This document shows positions 34,660-45,109 of a stretch of DNA of 48,152 nucleotides, piece after piece. The DNA is from Verrucomicrobiia bacterium. GTDB lineage: Bacteria > Verrucomicrobiota > Verrucomicrobiia > Verrucomicrobiales > Akkermansiaceae. The first letter of the stretch is position 1, and each line of letters starts with the position of its first letter. Both the position numbers and the translations under genes were made by a program. The notes under the pieces were generated by a model, which was given only the letters and a program-made list of their open reading frames with translations, was not told where the DNA came from and did not search any database. The stretch is taken from NCBI GenBank assembly GCA_947460915.1, contig CANHKJ010000001.1, positions 1 to 48,152 on the forward strand. Reading direction: 5' to 3'.

Positions 34660-35523
34660 ATGGAAAAATCAATCAAGATCCGCAAGCTTCTTATGTTTGC
34701 CGGTACTGGTGCTGTGGCTTATCTCGTGATGCATCTGCTAGGTCAGGGTGGAAAAGCTTGGGAAACTGTGCGGGGGAATGTGACACAGCAATTGACTGTG
34801 TTGCTTTCTGGCGGGTTAGCTGGTGCTTTTGCGATGTTGATTCCCTCGCAAAACAAACCCGCCACGCCTGAAGCTCCAGCGACACCTAGCGGAAATGATA
34901 CCAAGCAAGCAGCACTGGGAGATTTGAATGCATCACCTAGCACAGAGCCCACCGCAGATTCCGAAAAACATCGAAAACTCGAGACGGAGCTACAGGCCTG
35001 GCGCGACTACGGCAATCAGGTAAATGGTTTTCACGCGCAACAGGAAAGCTTGCGCGTTTTGTTAGATACTCGCCAGGCAATGTTGCGGATTACCTTAGGC
35101 GCGATCGTGGTGCTGGCTTTTGTGGTGAGCTTGTTTAGCACATTTGCTCCACCCCTGCCACAAGAGGTGTTAGATTCTGGAGCTCAAGATTCGTTCATGA
35201 AACACTTAGCGTGGTTGGCGATGGCACACTGCTTGGTTGGTTTGATTACTGGTGCGGTGATTTTTCGCATCCGCATTCATACCCTCGCTCGTCATGCTTT
35301 TCGCTGTGCTGCGATTGCGGCCTTTGTGTTGAATCTTAGTGCGATGTTGGTGGTGATTCCGTATCTTTTTGTTCTGATGTGGCAGCAGAAAGTACAACTC
35401 TTCGGGGTCATGCAGCCAATGTTGGTGTGGACCACAGCATTTCGGATTTTCATCGCGCCGTTCCTGTGTGGCGTCGTTTCACTGGGGGGCTTTCATTTGG
35501 CGAAGTTGTTTAGTCGCGCATGA
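34660..35523 (+). CDS. Hypothetical polytopic membrane protein
   Basis: ATG at 34660. Two N-terminal TM segments, a Pro/Ala/Thr-rich linker, a short coiled segment, then about 5 further hydrophobic segments. I recognise no family. Confidence 0.5.
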   Translation: MEKSIKIRKLLMFAGTGAVAYLVMHLLGQGGKAWETVRGNVTQQLTVLLSGGLAGAFAMLIPSQNKPATPEAPATPSGNDTKQAALGDLNASPSTEPTADSEKHRKLETELQAWRDYGNQVNGFHAQQESLRVLLDTRQAMLRITLGAIVVLAFVVSLFSTFAPPLPQEVLDSGAQDSFMKHLAWLAMAHCLVGLITGAVIFRIRIHTLARHAFRCAAIAAFVLNLSAMLVVIPYLFVLMWQQKVQLFGVMQPMLVWTTAFRIFIAPFLCGVVSLGGFHLAKLFSRA

Positions 35524-35571
35524 TGTTTCAAAAAGCAGTGAGATTTTTCTCATGCAAGTCGTTACGCATTC

Positions 35572-35599
35572 TTGACCTTTGGTCGAGAATGACGATAAT
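35572..35599 (+). promoter_or_regulatory. Sigma70-like promoter candidate: TTGACC - 16 nt - GATAAT
   Basis: -35 at 35572-35577 and -10 at 35594-35599, only 8 nt before the first ATG of ilvD (35608). Confidence 0.35.
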
Positions 35600-35607
35600 T
35601 TTCGTGC

Positions 35608-37314
35608 ATGAGTGATTCCTCAGATTTTCGCAAGTTTTCCAGTCCCATGCTGGATGGTCCCGACCGCGCACCCAGTAGAGCCATGCTCTACGCTGTTGGT
35701 TTTGAAAAAGAAGATTTTGCCAAAGCGCAAATCGGCATAGCCTCCACGTGGAGCGAAGTCACTCCCTGCAACGTGCACATTGATAAACTTGCTCGCGAGT
35801 CCGCCAATGGTGTAGATGCCGCAGGTGGGAAATCTGTTGTTTTCAATACGATCACCATTTCCGATGGTATCTCGATGGGTACAGAGGGCATGAAATACAG
35901 CCTTGTTTCCCGCGAGGTGATCGCAGATTCGATCGAGACGGTGGTCGGCTGCGAAGGCATGGATGGCTTTGTGGCGATCGGTGGCTGTGACAAAAACATG
36001 CCAGGCTGCATCATTGCAATGGGGCGAATGAATCGTCCTTCCGTGTTTGTTTATGGTGGCACGATCCTCCCGGGCTGCGCAACGCTGAAAGGCGAGAAGA
36101 AAGACCTTGATATTGTTTCCGTGTTTGAGGCTGTAGGCAAGCATGCAGGAGGTGAATATAGCGATGAAGAGCTTGACACTGTTGAACGCTGCGCGATTCC
36201 GGGGCCTGGTTCATGTGGTGGCATGTATACGGCTAACACGATGGCCAGTGCGATTGAGGCATTGGGCATGAGTTTGCCGAATAGTTCGGCTCAGGCAGCC
36301 ATCAGCGATGATAAAATGCGTGATTGCTTTGATGCCGGGGCCGCCGTACTCAATATGATCCATTTGGGCATCAAGCCGCGTGACATCATGACAAAGGAGG
36401 CCTTCGAGAATGCGATCACGGTGTTGATTGCTCTCGGTGGTTCGACCAATGCTTGCTTACACATCCCTGCGATGGCACATGCTGCTGGCGTGGAAATCAC
36501 CATTGACGACTTTGCTCGCATCGGCGCAAACGTGCCAGTTCTTGCAGACCTCAAGCCGAGCGGTAAGTATGTGATGGCAGATTTGGTGCGCATCGGTGGC
36601 ACCGTTCCCTTGATGCGCATGCTTCTTGAGGCTGGTCTTTTGCACGGTGACTGTATGACGGTGACCGGTCGCACGATGCGTGAGAATTTGGAAAAATCTC
36701 CCATCCACTATCCAGCGGACCAACAGATTATTCGTCCGATTTCTGACCCGCTGAAAAAAGATAGTCACTTGCGCATCCTTCGCGGAAATCTCGCTGAAGG
36801 TGGTGCTGTGGCAAAAATTTCCGGCAAAGAAGGCGAACAGTTCGTCGGCAGTGCACGCGTATTTGATTCAGAAGATGATGCTATGAAGGCCATTCTTGCC
36901 AAGCAAATTCAGAAGCGTGATGTGATTGTGATTCGCATGGAAGGACCGAAAGGTGGTCCAGGTATGCGTGAAATGCTCGGACCAACCAGTGCTGTCATGG
37001 GGCTAGGACTCGGAAAAGATGTGGCCTTGATCACCGATGGACGCTTCTCAGGTGGTAGTCACGGCTTCGTTGTTGGACATATCACTCCCGAAGCTTTTGT
37101 CGGCGGCAACATTGCATTGTTGCGTGATGGTGACGAGATTGTGATCGATGCCGCGACGAATCGCATTGATGTTTCTCTTAGCGATGAAGAGCTCGCCACA
37201 CGACGTGCCTCGTGGGTTCAGCCCGAGCCGCGTTATCGCTATGGTGTGCTTGCAAAGTATGCGAAATTGGTTACGAGCGCTTCTGAAGGTGCGGTAACTG
37301 ATAAGTATCTCTGA
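35608..37314 (+). CDS. ilvD: Dihydroxy-acid dehydratase
   Basis: 568 aa with [50 protein letters not shown] and [13 protein letters not shown]. Confidence 0.96.
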   Translation: MSDSSDFRKFSSPMLDGPDRAPSRAMLYAVGFEKEDFAKAQIGIASTWSEVTPCNVHIDKLARESANGVDAAGGKSVVFNTITISDGISMGTEGMKYSLVSREVIADSIETVVGCEGMDGFVAIGGCDKNMPGCIIAMGRMNRPSVFVYGGTILPGCATLKGEKKDLDIVSVFEAVGKHAGGEYSDEELDTVERCAIPGPGSCGGMYTANTMASAIEALGMSLPNSSAQAAISDDKMRDCFDAGAAVLNMIHLGIKPRDIMTKEAFENAITVLIALGGSTNACLHIPAMAHAAGVEITIDDFARIGANVPVLADLKPSGKYVMADLVRIGGTVPLMRMLLEAGLLHGDCMTVTGRTMRENLEKSPIHYPADQQIIRPISDPLKKDSHLRILRGNLAEGGAVAKISGKEGEQFVGSARVFDSEDDAMKAILAKQIQKRDVIVIRMEGPKGGPGMREMLGPTSAVMGLGLGKDVALITDGRFSGGSHGFVVGHITPEAFVGGNIALLRDGDEIVIDAATNRIDVSLSDEELATRRASWVQPEPRYRYGVLAKYAKLVTSASEGAVTDKYL

Positions 37315-37337
37315 GCTTTTATCTCTGCCCTCAAATG

Positions 37338-37371
37338 AAAAAGGCGGTGTTGATCTCACCGCCTTTTTTTG
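37338..37371. terminator. Strong intrinsic terminator, bidirectional (between ilvD and the convergent usp gene)
   Basis: AAAAAGGCGGTG / CACCGCCTTTTT: GC core 37343-37349 pairs with 37357-37363, A-run on the left, T7 on the right. Confidence 0.78.
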
Positions 37372-37386
37372 TTCATATTTGATCGG

Positions 37387-37833
37387 TTAGAGAGCGCAAG
37401 GAATGACCAATGTTGGGCATATCGCTTTGCGAACAAGTCCTTCGGCTACGCTGCCAATTAGCAGGGCTGCTACTGCGCCATGGCCATGAGTTCCAATGAC
37501 GATCAAGTCGGCTTTTTGTGTTTCGGCGTAGTCGATGATTGAGTGTAAGGGTGAACCTACGATCAATTCGGCACGCACGTCTTTGAGCAACGTTTTTGCG
37601 GTGGTCACAGCGTCGTTGAGTCGAGCTTCGGCACGCCGTTGGGACTCGTTTTGGAAGACTTGGATGGCTGGAAATTCTTCCGGTGTCATGCCGTAGGCGG
37701 TGAAAGTCGGCTCTGGTTCCAGAACATGAATGATGTGTAAGGTCGCGTCTTGGAGCTTCGCCATAAGCATTGCAGCGGCGAGCACATCTTTAGTAGCATC
37801 AGAGAAATCGAGAGCAGTGATAATCGTTTTCAT
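37387..37833 (-). CDS. Universal stress protein (UspA family)
   Basis: MKTIITALDFSD...LHIIHV...DLIVIGTHGHGAVAALLIGSVAEGLVRKAICPTLVIP. Start at the ATG at 37833. Confidence 0.85.
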   Translation of the reverse strand: MKTIITALDFSDATKDVLAAAMLMAKLQDATLHIIHVLEPEPTFTAYGMTPEEFPAIQVFQNESQRRAEARLNDAVTTAKTLLKDVRAELIVGSPLHSIIDYAETQKADLIVIGTHGHGAVAALLIGSVAEGLVRKAICPTLVIPCAL

Positions 37834-37965
37834 ACATTCGCAAGCTGCACCAATTAGCGAGATTTGACAAGTCATGCCGAATTGTTGCGCGCTAATTGCA
37901 AAGATATGAACAGTGAGAGTCGATTTGGTTCTGGATTATCTGATCTGACGATGTCATCGTAAGTC

Positions 37966-39873
37966 ATGAGTAACAAGGATCTAACACCCGATTCGGGAGA
38001 GTGGAAAATTCATTTATCATCTGCTCTTGTGTGTGGTTTTTTTCTGCTCACTGGTGTTTATTTTGACAGGCAATCCGGCATGCATCAAGTTGCATTGGCC
38101 TGCTATATAATCTCTTATGTTGCAGGTGGTTGGGACGCATTGATCGATGCTTGGACAGAGGGAATCAAGGGCAAGCTCGACATTCATTTCTTGATGCTTG
38201 CCGTAGCGATCGGTGCGGCCTTTATTGGTGCATGGTGGGAGGGCTCGGTGCTATTGTTTTTGTTCTCATTGAGTGGCGCGCTCGAGGCGATGGCGATGGC
38301 TCGCACAGAAAAAGAAATTCGCTCGTTGTTTCAGGATTCTCCGAAGGTAGCACAGCGGGTGAACTCGGACGGTTCCTTAGCAGAGGTGCCGGTGGATTCG
38401 CTTTTGGTGGGAGAGCGTTTGAGAATCCTCCCCGGATCACAGTTTCCGGTCGATGCTTGTGTGGTGCAAGGCGCTACGGCGGCGGATGAATCGATGCTCA
38501 CCGGTGAATCAATTCCTGTAGAAAAAGGACTTCAAGATACGGTTTTTGGAGGCACTCTCAATACTTGGGGTGCCGTGGATGCCGAGGTTCTTCGACTTCC
38601 CTCCGAGAGTGCACATGGTAAAATCATTCGTCTGATCCGTGATGCTCAAGCGAGTAAAGCTCCTTCGCAACGCTTCACGGATCGTTTCGGTACGACCTAT
38701 ACGTTGTCGATTCTAGCCTTGAGTTTTGCTGCATTTTCTTGGTGGCATTGGGGACAAGGTTTGAGTGCTTTTGTGTCTTCGGTAGCGGAGCCATCCGCTT
38801 TTTATCGAGCCATGACCTTATTGGTGGTTTGCTCGCCGTGTGCGCTTGTGATTTCCATTCCCAGTGCTATTCTCGCAGGTATTGCTGCTGCTGCGCGGCG
38901 AGGAGTATTGTTTCGCGGAGGTGTTGCACTCGAAAATCTCGCCACCATTCAGCGTCTGGCTGTGGATAAAACGGGGACCTTGACCAAGGGTGAATTTGTC
39001 ATCACTGCGATTGAGTCCTTTCCAGAATCAGGAAAAAAAGTTGTGTTAGAGGCTGCTGCGGCATTGTCTCAGCAATCGACGCATCCCTTGTCCCGTGCCA
39101 TTGCCGCCGAGTGGCTCAAGCAACATGGTGCCCGTGCGGGCGTCATAGAAGATTATCAGTCTGTCGCAGGTCAAGGCGTTGAGGGTAATTATCAAGGGCA
39201 CTCGGTGAAACAAGGACGTCGCTCATATTTTTCGGCTGAATCAGTGGTGCAGAAATTTCCTGATCCCGAGCCTGGGTTCACGGAGGTGTTAGTCGATGCC
39301 GGTGAGGTTACTGGTCGAATCATCTTACGCGATGCGCCAAGACTGGAGAGCAAGGCGATGATTCAACGTCTTCATGCGATGGGCATCAAGGTGACCATGC
39401 TCACAGGAGATCGACCTGAATCTGCCGCGTTGCTATCGAAAGAACTCGGCCTCGATGACACGCGCTCGGGTCTGCATCCAGAAGATAAAGTCGCGGCGAT
39501 TGTGGATTGGAGGAAGCAAGGCGAAGTGGTTGCCATGGTTGGTGATGGCATCAATGATGCCCCTTCGTTGGCGGTCGCAGATGTCTCGATTGGTATGGGC
39601 TTGCGCGGATCTGATGCAGTACTGGAGCAAGCAGATGTGATTTTGTTGCATGATCGCCTCGATAAAGTGCTAACCGCCTTGTCATTGAGCCGACGTTGCC
39701 GTTCCATTATTCGGCAAAATCTTGTAATTTCGTTAGGTGTGCTGGTTTTGTTAGGCGTCGGGAGCATCGGCTACAAGCTGCCGTTACCACTTGGTGTGTT
39801 AGGGCATGAAGGCTCGACTTTGATTGTCGTGCTGAACTCTCTTCGTCTATTGATTGGAGAGAGAAAAAAGTAA
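37966..39873 (+). CDS. P1B-type heavy-metal-translocating ATPase without an N-terminal metal-binding domain. SPC and HEGST motifs suggest the P1B-4 (Co/Zn/Fe-type) subgroup
   Basis: 635 aa with TGES, VVCSPCALVISIP, DKTGTLT, MLTGD, GDGINDAPSL and HEGSTLIVVLNSLRLL. Confidence 0.88.
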   Translation: MSNKDLTPDSGEWKIHLSSALVCGFFLLTGVYFDRQSGMHQVALACYIISYVAGGWDALIDAWTEGIKGKLDIHFLMLAVAIGAAFIGAWWEGSVLLFLFSLSGALEAMAMARTEKEIRSLFQDSPKVAQRVNSDGSLAEVPVDSLLVGERLRILPGSQFPVDACVVQGATAADESMLTGESIPVEKGLQDTVFGGTLNTWGAVDAEVLRLPSESAHGKIIRLIRDAQASKAPSQRFTDRFGTTYTLSILALSFAAFSWWHWGQGLSAFVSSVAEPSAFYRAMTLLVVCSPCALVISIPSAILAGIAAAARRGVLFRGGVALENLATIQRLAVDKTGTLTKGEFVITAIESFPESGKKVVLEAAAALSQQSTHPLSRAIAAEWLKQHGARAGVIEDYQSVAGQGVEGNYQGHSVKQGRRSYFSAESVVQKFPDPEPGFTEVLVDAGEVTGRIILRDAPRLESKAMIQRLHAMGIKVTMLTGDRPESAALLSKELGLDDTRSGLHPEDKVAAIVDWRKQGEVVAMVGDGINDAPSLAVADVSIGMGLRGSDAVLEQADVILLHDRLDKVLTALSLSRRCRSIIRQNLVISLGVLVLLGVGSIGYKLPLPLGVLGHEGSTLIVVLNSLRLLIGERKK

Positions 39874-39874
39874 G

Positions 39875-40744
39875 TTACTTGAAGTCGGCAAGCTTGTGAT
39901 TCATTGCGATGGAAATGCGCAACATGCGCATGACTTCTACCATGGTGCGTTCTGATTTAGCGACCTCATAGCACATGGGATTGCGTCTGGTATAACGACT
40001 GATGTAACGACCTACTTCTGACTGCAATTGTCGAACTTGGCCCTCGATGTTGCCGATTTCGGAACGCAACTGAGAAAGCTCACGATTAACCTGACCCATT
40101 TCTTGGAAAATCACCGCAGCCTCGTCGCGTTTGAGCTGCTTGAACGCTGCAAGTTTATTTTCATTCTCATCAATGTCTCGATCTCCTTGTTCAAGTGCTT
40201 CTGCCAGTTCTTGGCGGCGCAGCTTCAGTTCGCGAAACTCTTCTTTGAGATCATAAATCGATTGAACCACTTCATTGATTTTTGTTTCTGGATGTTCGTC
40301 ACGCTTAAGAACTTCGATTTTAGTCAGCAAGCCTTCGTGAACGCGGCGAAGATTTCTAGCCTTACGCACCACCATGTCTCTTTCGTAGGTGAGTCTTTCC
40401 ATATTCTGCAGCAATTGCGAACGCTGCATTTCTACTTCTAACTGTTCGGGGCTTACGGCATTGAGAATTTCCGCTCTCTTTTCATGGAACTCGGCTAATT
40501 GTATTTTGAGCTCATCCAATTTTTGTCTCATTTCCGTCAATCCTTTCATGTGCTTGCGCAGATTCCAGTATTCGACTGACATCTCTTCTACAGGTTCGAT
40601 TTTTTCCCACAAACGTAAGCCCAGTTGGTATTCGGCTTCGCGCAACAATCCCATCTCTGAGGAGGCCTCATGGAGACGTTTATTTCTGCGATCAATTCCG
40701 AATGATTTGGCGATCAGGGCAAAGTAATAAGAAGAGGGTGTCAT
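39875..40744 (-). CDS. Hypothetical coiled-coil protein
   Basis: 289 aa, almost entirely heptad-like and E/K/R/L/Q-rich. I recognise no family. Convergent with the ATPase gene; the two stop codons are separated by 1 nt. Confidence 0.55.
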   Translation of the reverse strand: MTPSSYYFALIAKSFGIDRRNKRLHEASSEMGLLREAEYQLGLRLWEKIEPVEEMSVEYWNLRKHMKGLTEMRQKLDELKIQLAEFHEKRAEILNAVSPEQLEVEMQRSQLLQNMERLTYERDMVVRKARNLRRVHEGLLTKIEVLKRDEHPETKINEVVQSIYDLKEEFRELKLRRQELAEALEQGDRDIDENENKLAAFKQLKRDEAAVIFQEMGQVNRELSQLRSEIGNIEGQVRQLQSEVGRYISRYTRRNPMCYEVAKSERTMVEVMRMLRISIAMNHKLADFK

Positions 40745-40755
40745 GCAGAGAGAGA

Positions 40756-42705
40756 TTAGGAATTCATGGAAGCCTTCAGGTTAGAGATCACATTTACGTC
40801 GTCAAGTGTCGTTACGTTGCCAGAAATGTCACCTGTAGTGACGAGCTCTTTGAGCAAACGTCGCATGATTTTGCCCGAACGAGTCTTGGGCAAAGCGGGG
40901 GCAAAATAAATGTCGTCGGGCTTGGCGATGGCTCCGATGGATTTACCCACGTGTTCGCGAAGTTCCTTGCGCAATGCTTCTGATGGCTGATGCGTTTCCT
41001 TGAGGGTTACAAAGCAAACAACGCCTTGCCCCTTCAATTCATCGGGGCGGCCAACAACGGCTGATTCAGCGACTGCTGGATGAGAAACCAGTGAGCTTTC
41101 TACTTCGGCAGTGCCGAGGCGGTGACCGGAAACATTGAGTACGTCATCGATGCGGCCAACGATCCAGAAATTTCCTTGCTTGTCGCGACGTGCGCCATCG
41201 CCTGCGGTATAGATTCCTTTGTAATCGGACCAATAGGTTTTCGAGTAGCGCGCCTTATCTCCATAAATCGAGCGGGTCATTGCTGGCCAAGGTTTACGAA
41301 TAACCAGTTTACCGCCTTCGTTCGCTTTGCATTCATTGCCCGCTTCATCAAGGATCGCGGCATCCACGCCAAAGAACGGCAATGTAGCCGTACCAGGCTT
41401 GGTTGGGGTGCAGCCGGGAAGGGGGCTGATCATGATCGAGCCAGTCTCAGTCTGCCACCATGTATCCACGATTGGGCAGCGCTTGCCTCCAATTTTATTG
41501 TGATACCACATCCAGGCTTCAGGGTTGATCGGCTCACCGACCGAACCTAACAGACGAAGAGAAGAAAGATCGTGGTTGGCGGGGAAATGATCGCCTGCTT
41601 TGATGAAGGCGCGAATGGCGGTAGGTGCTGTGTAGAAAATCGACACGGCATTTTCTTCGATGATTTTCCAGAAACGACCGAAATCAGGCTGGTTTGGTGC
41701 GCCCTCATACATCATTTGTGTTGCGCCATTGGCGAGAGGCCCGTAAACGATGTAGGAGTGTCCAGTGATCCAGCCAACATCAGCGGTGCACCAATAAATA
41801 TCTTCCTCGCGGATATCGAAAATGTATTTGAATGTCGAGTAGGTGCCCGTCAAATAGCCACCGCTGGTGTGAAGAATGCCCTTGGGTTTGCCTGTGGAAC
41901 CGGAGGTGTAAAGAATGAACAGCGGATGCTCAGCATCAAAAGATTTCGCTTTGTGTCTGTGCGAGACGGCGGCCACTTCATCGTGCCACCAAGTATCGCG
42001 GCTAGCGGCCATATTGACGTCATTGCCACAGCGTTTGAAAACAATGCACTTGCGCACGGCTGTGTATTTTTCCAAGGCTGCATCGACGTTCTCCTTAAGA
42101 GGCACGACCTTACCACGTCTCCATCCGCCATCGGCAGTGATGATGGTTGTGGCACCCGAGTCTTCGAGACGATCCACAATCGAGTCAGCAGAAAATCCAC
42201 CGAAAACCACGGAGTGAACGGCACCGATGCGAGCGCAGGCTAGCATCGCGACGGCAGCTTCGGGAATCATCGGCATGTATATCAGCACGCGATCTTTGGC
42301 TTTGACACCATTTTTTTCGAGCACATTGGCAAATTGGCAAACTTCTCGTTGCAATTGTCCATAGGTGATCACGCGCTTGTCTCCGGGTTCTCCTTCGAAA
42401 ATGATGGCTGCTTTGTTCTTGCGGGGACCTTCGGCATGACGATCGACACAATTCGTAGCAACGTTGAGTTTTCCGTCAACAAACCATTTGGCAAAAGGAG
42501 CTTTCCACTCAAGAACTTTGTTCCACGGCTTGTCCCATTGCAATTCTTTGGCCTCGCGCGCCCAGAAAACATCAGGTTTGTCGATGGACTCCTTGTAGAG
42601 TTTCTTGTACTGCGCGAGAGAACTGATACGGGCTTTGCTGGAAAACTCCTTGGCTGGTAAGAATTCACGATCTTCGGTGAGGTGACTTTCGATAGATTTG
42701 CTCAT
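40756..42705 (-). CDS. acs: Acetyl-coenzyme A synthetase
   Basis: 649 aa from the ATG at 42705 (MSKSIESHL...). Contains [29 protein letters not shown]-like [10 protein letters not shown], and SGKIMRRLL. The ORF-track start at 42852 is an extension. Confidence 0.96.
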   Translation of the reverse strand: MSKSIESHLTEDREFLPAKEFSSKARISSLAQYKKLYKESIDKPDVFWAREAKELQWDKPWNKVLEWKAPFAKWFVDGKLNVATNCVDRHAEGPRKNKAAIIFEGEPGDKRVITYGQLQREVCQFANVLEKNGVKAKDRVLIYMPMIPEAAVAMLACARIGAVHSVVFGGFSADSIVDRLEDSGATTIITADGGWRRGKVVPLKENVDAALEKYTAVRKCIVFKRCGNDVNMAASRDTWWHDEVAAVSHRHKAKSFDAEHPLFILYTSGSTGKPKGILHTSGGYLTGTYSTFKYIFDIREEDIYWCTADVGWITGHSYIVYGPLANGATQMMYEGAPNQPDFGRFWKIIEENAVSIFYTAPTAIRAFIKAGDHFPANHDLSSLRLLGSVGEPINPEAWMWYHNKIGGKRCPIVDTWWQTETGSIMISPLPGCTPTKPGTATLPFFGVDAAILDEAGNECKANEGGKLVIRKPWPAMTRSIYGDKARYSKTYWSDYKGIYTAGDGARRDKQGNFWIVGRIDDVLNVSGHRLGTAEVESSLVSHPAVAESAVVGRPDELKGQGVVCFVTLKETHQPSEALRKELREHVGKSIGAIAKPDDIYFAPALPKTRSGKIMRRLLKELVTTGDISGNVTTLDDVNVISNLKASMNS

Positions 42706-42859
42706 GGGTTGTTGTCGAATTGCTGCAGCAAAACTAGCGGGATTTACTTCTAAGGTAAATGGAAAAATCTCTGAACCATGAAGAAATCCACGAAGTTCAC
42801 ACGGCTTCGTAACAAATCTATTATAACATCCAACGAGGACAGGAATAAGCATCGTTGCC

Positions 42860-43702
42860 TTACTCCGGCATTTTCACCACGGGGCGGAAGGAAGCGTTCC
42901 AACCAGGGGAATCGAGGGGAGTTGTTGTGCCCGAATTGTAGATCTCATTTCTCGATGATCCATCAATGCGCAAAACAATCGCGCGCTTGGAAAATGGTTT
43001 GGGATTGATCGTGCCTGTAGCATCTTGTAGAGGTGCTACAAGCAAAGGAAGTTGTCCATAATCATCTGTGCTGAGACCACGAATGCTCGAATTGGGCAAG
43101 CCGTTCGTCATCATCACATAAGCCCAACCATTTTCGCCTTTTTTGAGAATTTCGCTCGGGGGAGATATGACCTCATCAGCTTCTGTCCCCGTGCTTGGTT
43201 TGATGGAAAAAATGGACTCCGCTTTTAAATATCCACCAGCAATCAATTGCCCGAGATAGCGATTCGACGAAGTGCCAGTAAAGCTAGCAAGTTCGGGTTG
43301 CTCTCGCGCGGTCCTATCATCAGGAAAACTGGCGATGTCATTCTCAAAATCGATCATACATAAATAAATCGACTTAGTGCAGCTCTGGGCTTGATGCATT
43401 TCCATGCGCTTCGTTAGTTTGATTGCATAGGGTACCACGAGAGCAATCAAAACTCCCAGAGCACAAGAGATTTTACCCAACAACATCGCCAGCGAGGCGA
43501 GCTGAATGCCTATGAGTTTCCCTTGTGATTGGAGTATTTGTTTCCTTGCTTTGCTCGCGAGGACAATGGCAACGATAGAGGTAAGCGGAATGAAAGGCAA
43601 CAGTGCGCAAACCATGCTTGCGATCGCAAGACCAGAATTTTTCGGCACCACAGGAACGGGTGGGTGACTGGATGGCGATATAGCAGGTGGTATTTCCGTC
43701 AT
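42860..43702 (-). CDS. Hypothetical membrane protein: DUF4190-like double-TM N-terminus plus an extracytoplasmic domain with a pseudopilin-like C-terminal pattern
   Basis: [35 protein letters not shown] (DUF4190-like). The C-terminal ...[11 protein letters not shown] is reminiscent of the ..DGS.. ending of DUF1559/pilin-like proteins. Weak. Confidence 0.5.
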   Translation of the reverse strand: MTEIPPAISPSSHPPVPVVPKNSGLAIASMVCALLPFIPLTSIVAIVLASKARKQILQSQGKLIGIQLASLAMLLGKISCALGVLIALVVPYAIKLTKRMEMHQAQSCTKSIYLCMIDFENDIASFPDDRTAREQPELASFTGTSSNRYLGQLIAGGYLKAESIFSIKPSTGTEADEVISPPSEILKKGENGWAYVMMTNGLPNSSIRGLSTDDYGQLPLLVAPLQDATGTINPKPFSKRAIVLRIDGSSRNEIYNSGTTTPLDSPGWNASFRPVVKMPE

Positions 43703-43916
43703 TACAAAAATCAATATCTAGCAAAAGAATTGTGCTCCGTAAAGTTGAAAGCAGCGAAATCGAGTCGTTATTGACTGCAAGGTCTTGCTGATGCGAATCG
43801 CGTCGCCTCGTTTTGTTTCGCAAATTCTCGACTTTTATGACCAATTTTTGCTTTGTTTTGACCTTTCCGCCAAATGCACTATCTTTCGCGTCACCAAACA
43901 CAACTACTTTACAAAC

Positions 43917-45032
43917 ATGGAACTCACACAAGAAGCCTACGGCACCTGGAGCGGCGGACGATTTATGCACTATGGCGAAATGCTAACCGAGGAGCGATTC
44001 ATTGACTCCTTGCGCCTTGCTTACGATTCGGGTTTTCGCACATTCGTCACTGCAGACGTTTATGGCAATGGCCGTGCCGATGACTTGTTAGGCAAGGCCT
44101 TGGAAGGCGTTGATCGCTCGACATATTGTCTGGTGGGCATGATCGGTCACGATTTTTACGAAGGTCAGCGCAAAGGAAATACGGGATATCCCCGCTTCAC
44201 GGATCCCGAGCTGCGCAAGGCTGATGGCTATGCGAGTTACCTGAAGATGGCTTGTGAAAAGTCGTTAGAGCGTTGCAAAAGCTCTCACTTCGATCTCGTT
44301 ATGCTGCACAATCCCGATGAAATCGGCTACACCAGCGATGCCGTGTGGGATGGCATGCGCGCCCTGAAAGACGAGGGACTCAGCTCGATGCTCGGCACGG
44401 CTCCAGGACCTGCGAATGGTTTCACGCTCGATACGATTCACAACATCGAGACGTATAAAGACCTGATCGATTGGACCATGGTAATTCTCAATCCGTTAGA
44501 GCCATGGCCAGTTGGTTTGGCGCTCAATGCCTATGAAAAACATGGCGTCAAAGTGCTGACCCGCGTCGTCGATTATGGTGGCGTTTTCACCGATGAGTTC
44601 AAAGACGACCATGAGTTCAAACCCGGCGATCACCGCACCTATCGTCCGGCAGGTTGGGTGAAACACGGCATCGAGAAGATGGAAAAAATGCGTCCGATCG
44701 CCGAAAAATACGGTCTGACTATGCTTCAATTCGCGGCGATCTGGAACCTCTCTCAGCCAGCAGTGAAGAGCGTAGTTCCGACATTCCTTCAGGAAAATGG
44801 CGAGGACAAGCGTCCGATCGAGGATAAGATTCGCGAGTTTGTGCCGCTACCCGATGTGCGTTTGACGCCAGAAGAGGTTGATCAAGTGCGCGCAATCGGT
44901 GACAACACCGGCTGCATGATGCTCAAAGGTGCGAGCAAGCGCCACAGCGTTAGCGAGCGTGCTGATGAATGGCCGATGCGTGAAGAACTTCTGGAGATTG
45001 GCGCCCGTTACGGCATCGGTCAAGATTGGTAA
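43917..45032 (+). CDS. Aldo/keto reductase family oxidoreductase
   Basis: 371 aa from the ATG at 43917. FVTADVYGNGRADDLLGKAL, DLVMLHNPD and other AKR-type motifs. Confidence 0.82.
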   Translation: MELTQEAYGTWSGGRFMHYGEMLTEERFIDSLRLAYDSGFRTFVTADVYGNGRADDLLGKALEGVDRSTYCLVGMIGHDFYEGQRKGNTGYPRFTDPELRKADGYASYLKMACEKSLERCKSSHFDLVMLHNPDEIGYTSDAVWDGMRALKDEGLSSMLGTAPGPANGFTLDTIHNIETYKDLIDWTMVILNPLEPWPVGLALNAYEKHGVKVLTRVVDYGGVFTDEFKDDHEFKPGDHRTYRPAGWVKHGIEKMEKMRPIAEKYGLTMLQFAAIWNLSQPAVKSVVPTFLQENGEDKRPIEDKIREFVPLPDVRLTPEEVDQVRAIGDNTGCMMLKGASKRHSVSERADEWPMREELLEIGARYGIGQDW

Positions 45033-45109
45033 TCGGGACTGTTTTCACATCCACGTAACGATTAGGTTTTGCCCCGCAGGCAAGATTGTGGCATGCTCTC
45101 GTTCAGAGC

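Noticed and set aside
35620-36144. 174-aa minus-strand ORF, plus several others inside ilvD
   Set aside because: Shadow ORFs antisense to a full-length, motif-rich ilvD. The same reasoning applies to the long antisense ORFs inside acs (41572..42243), the PBP gene (3498..4145), ppc (for example 16776..17180 and 17296..17766), DUF58 (25794..26306) and recN (1090..1464).
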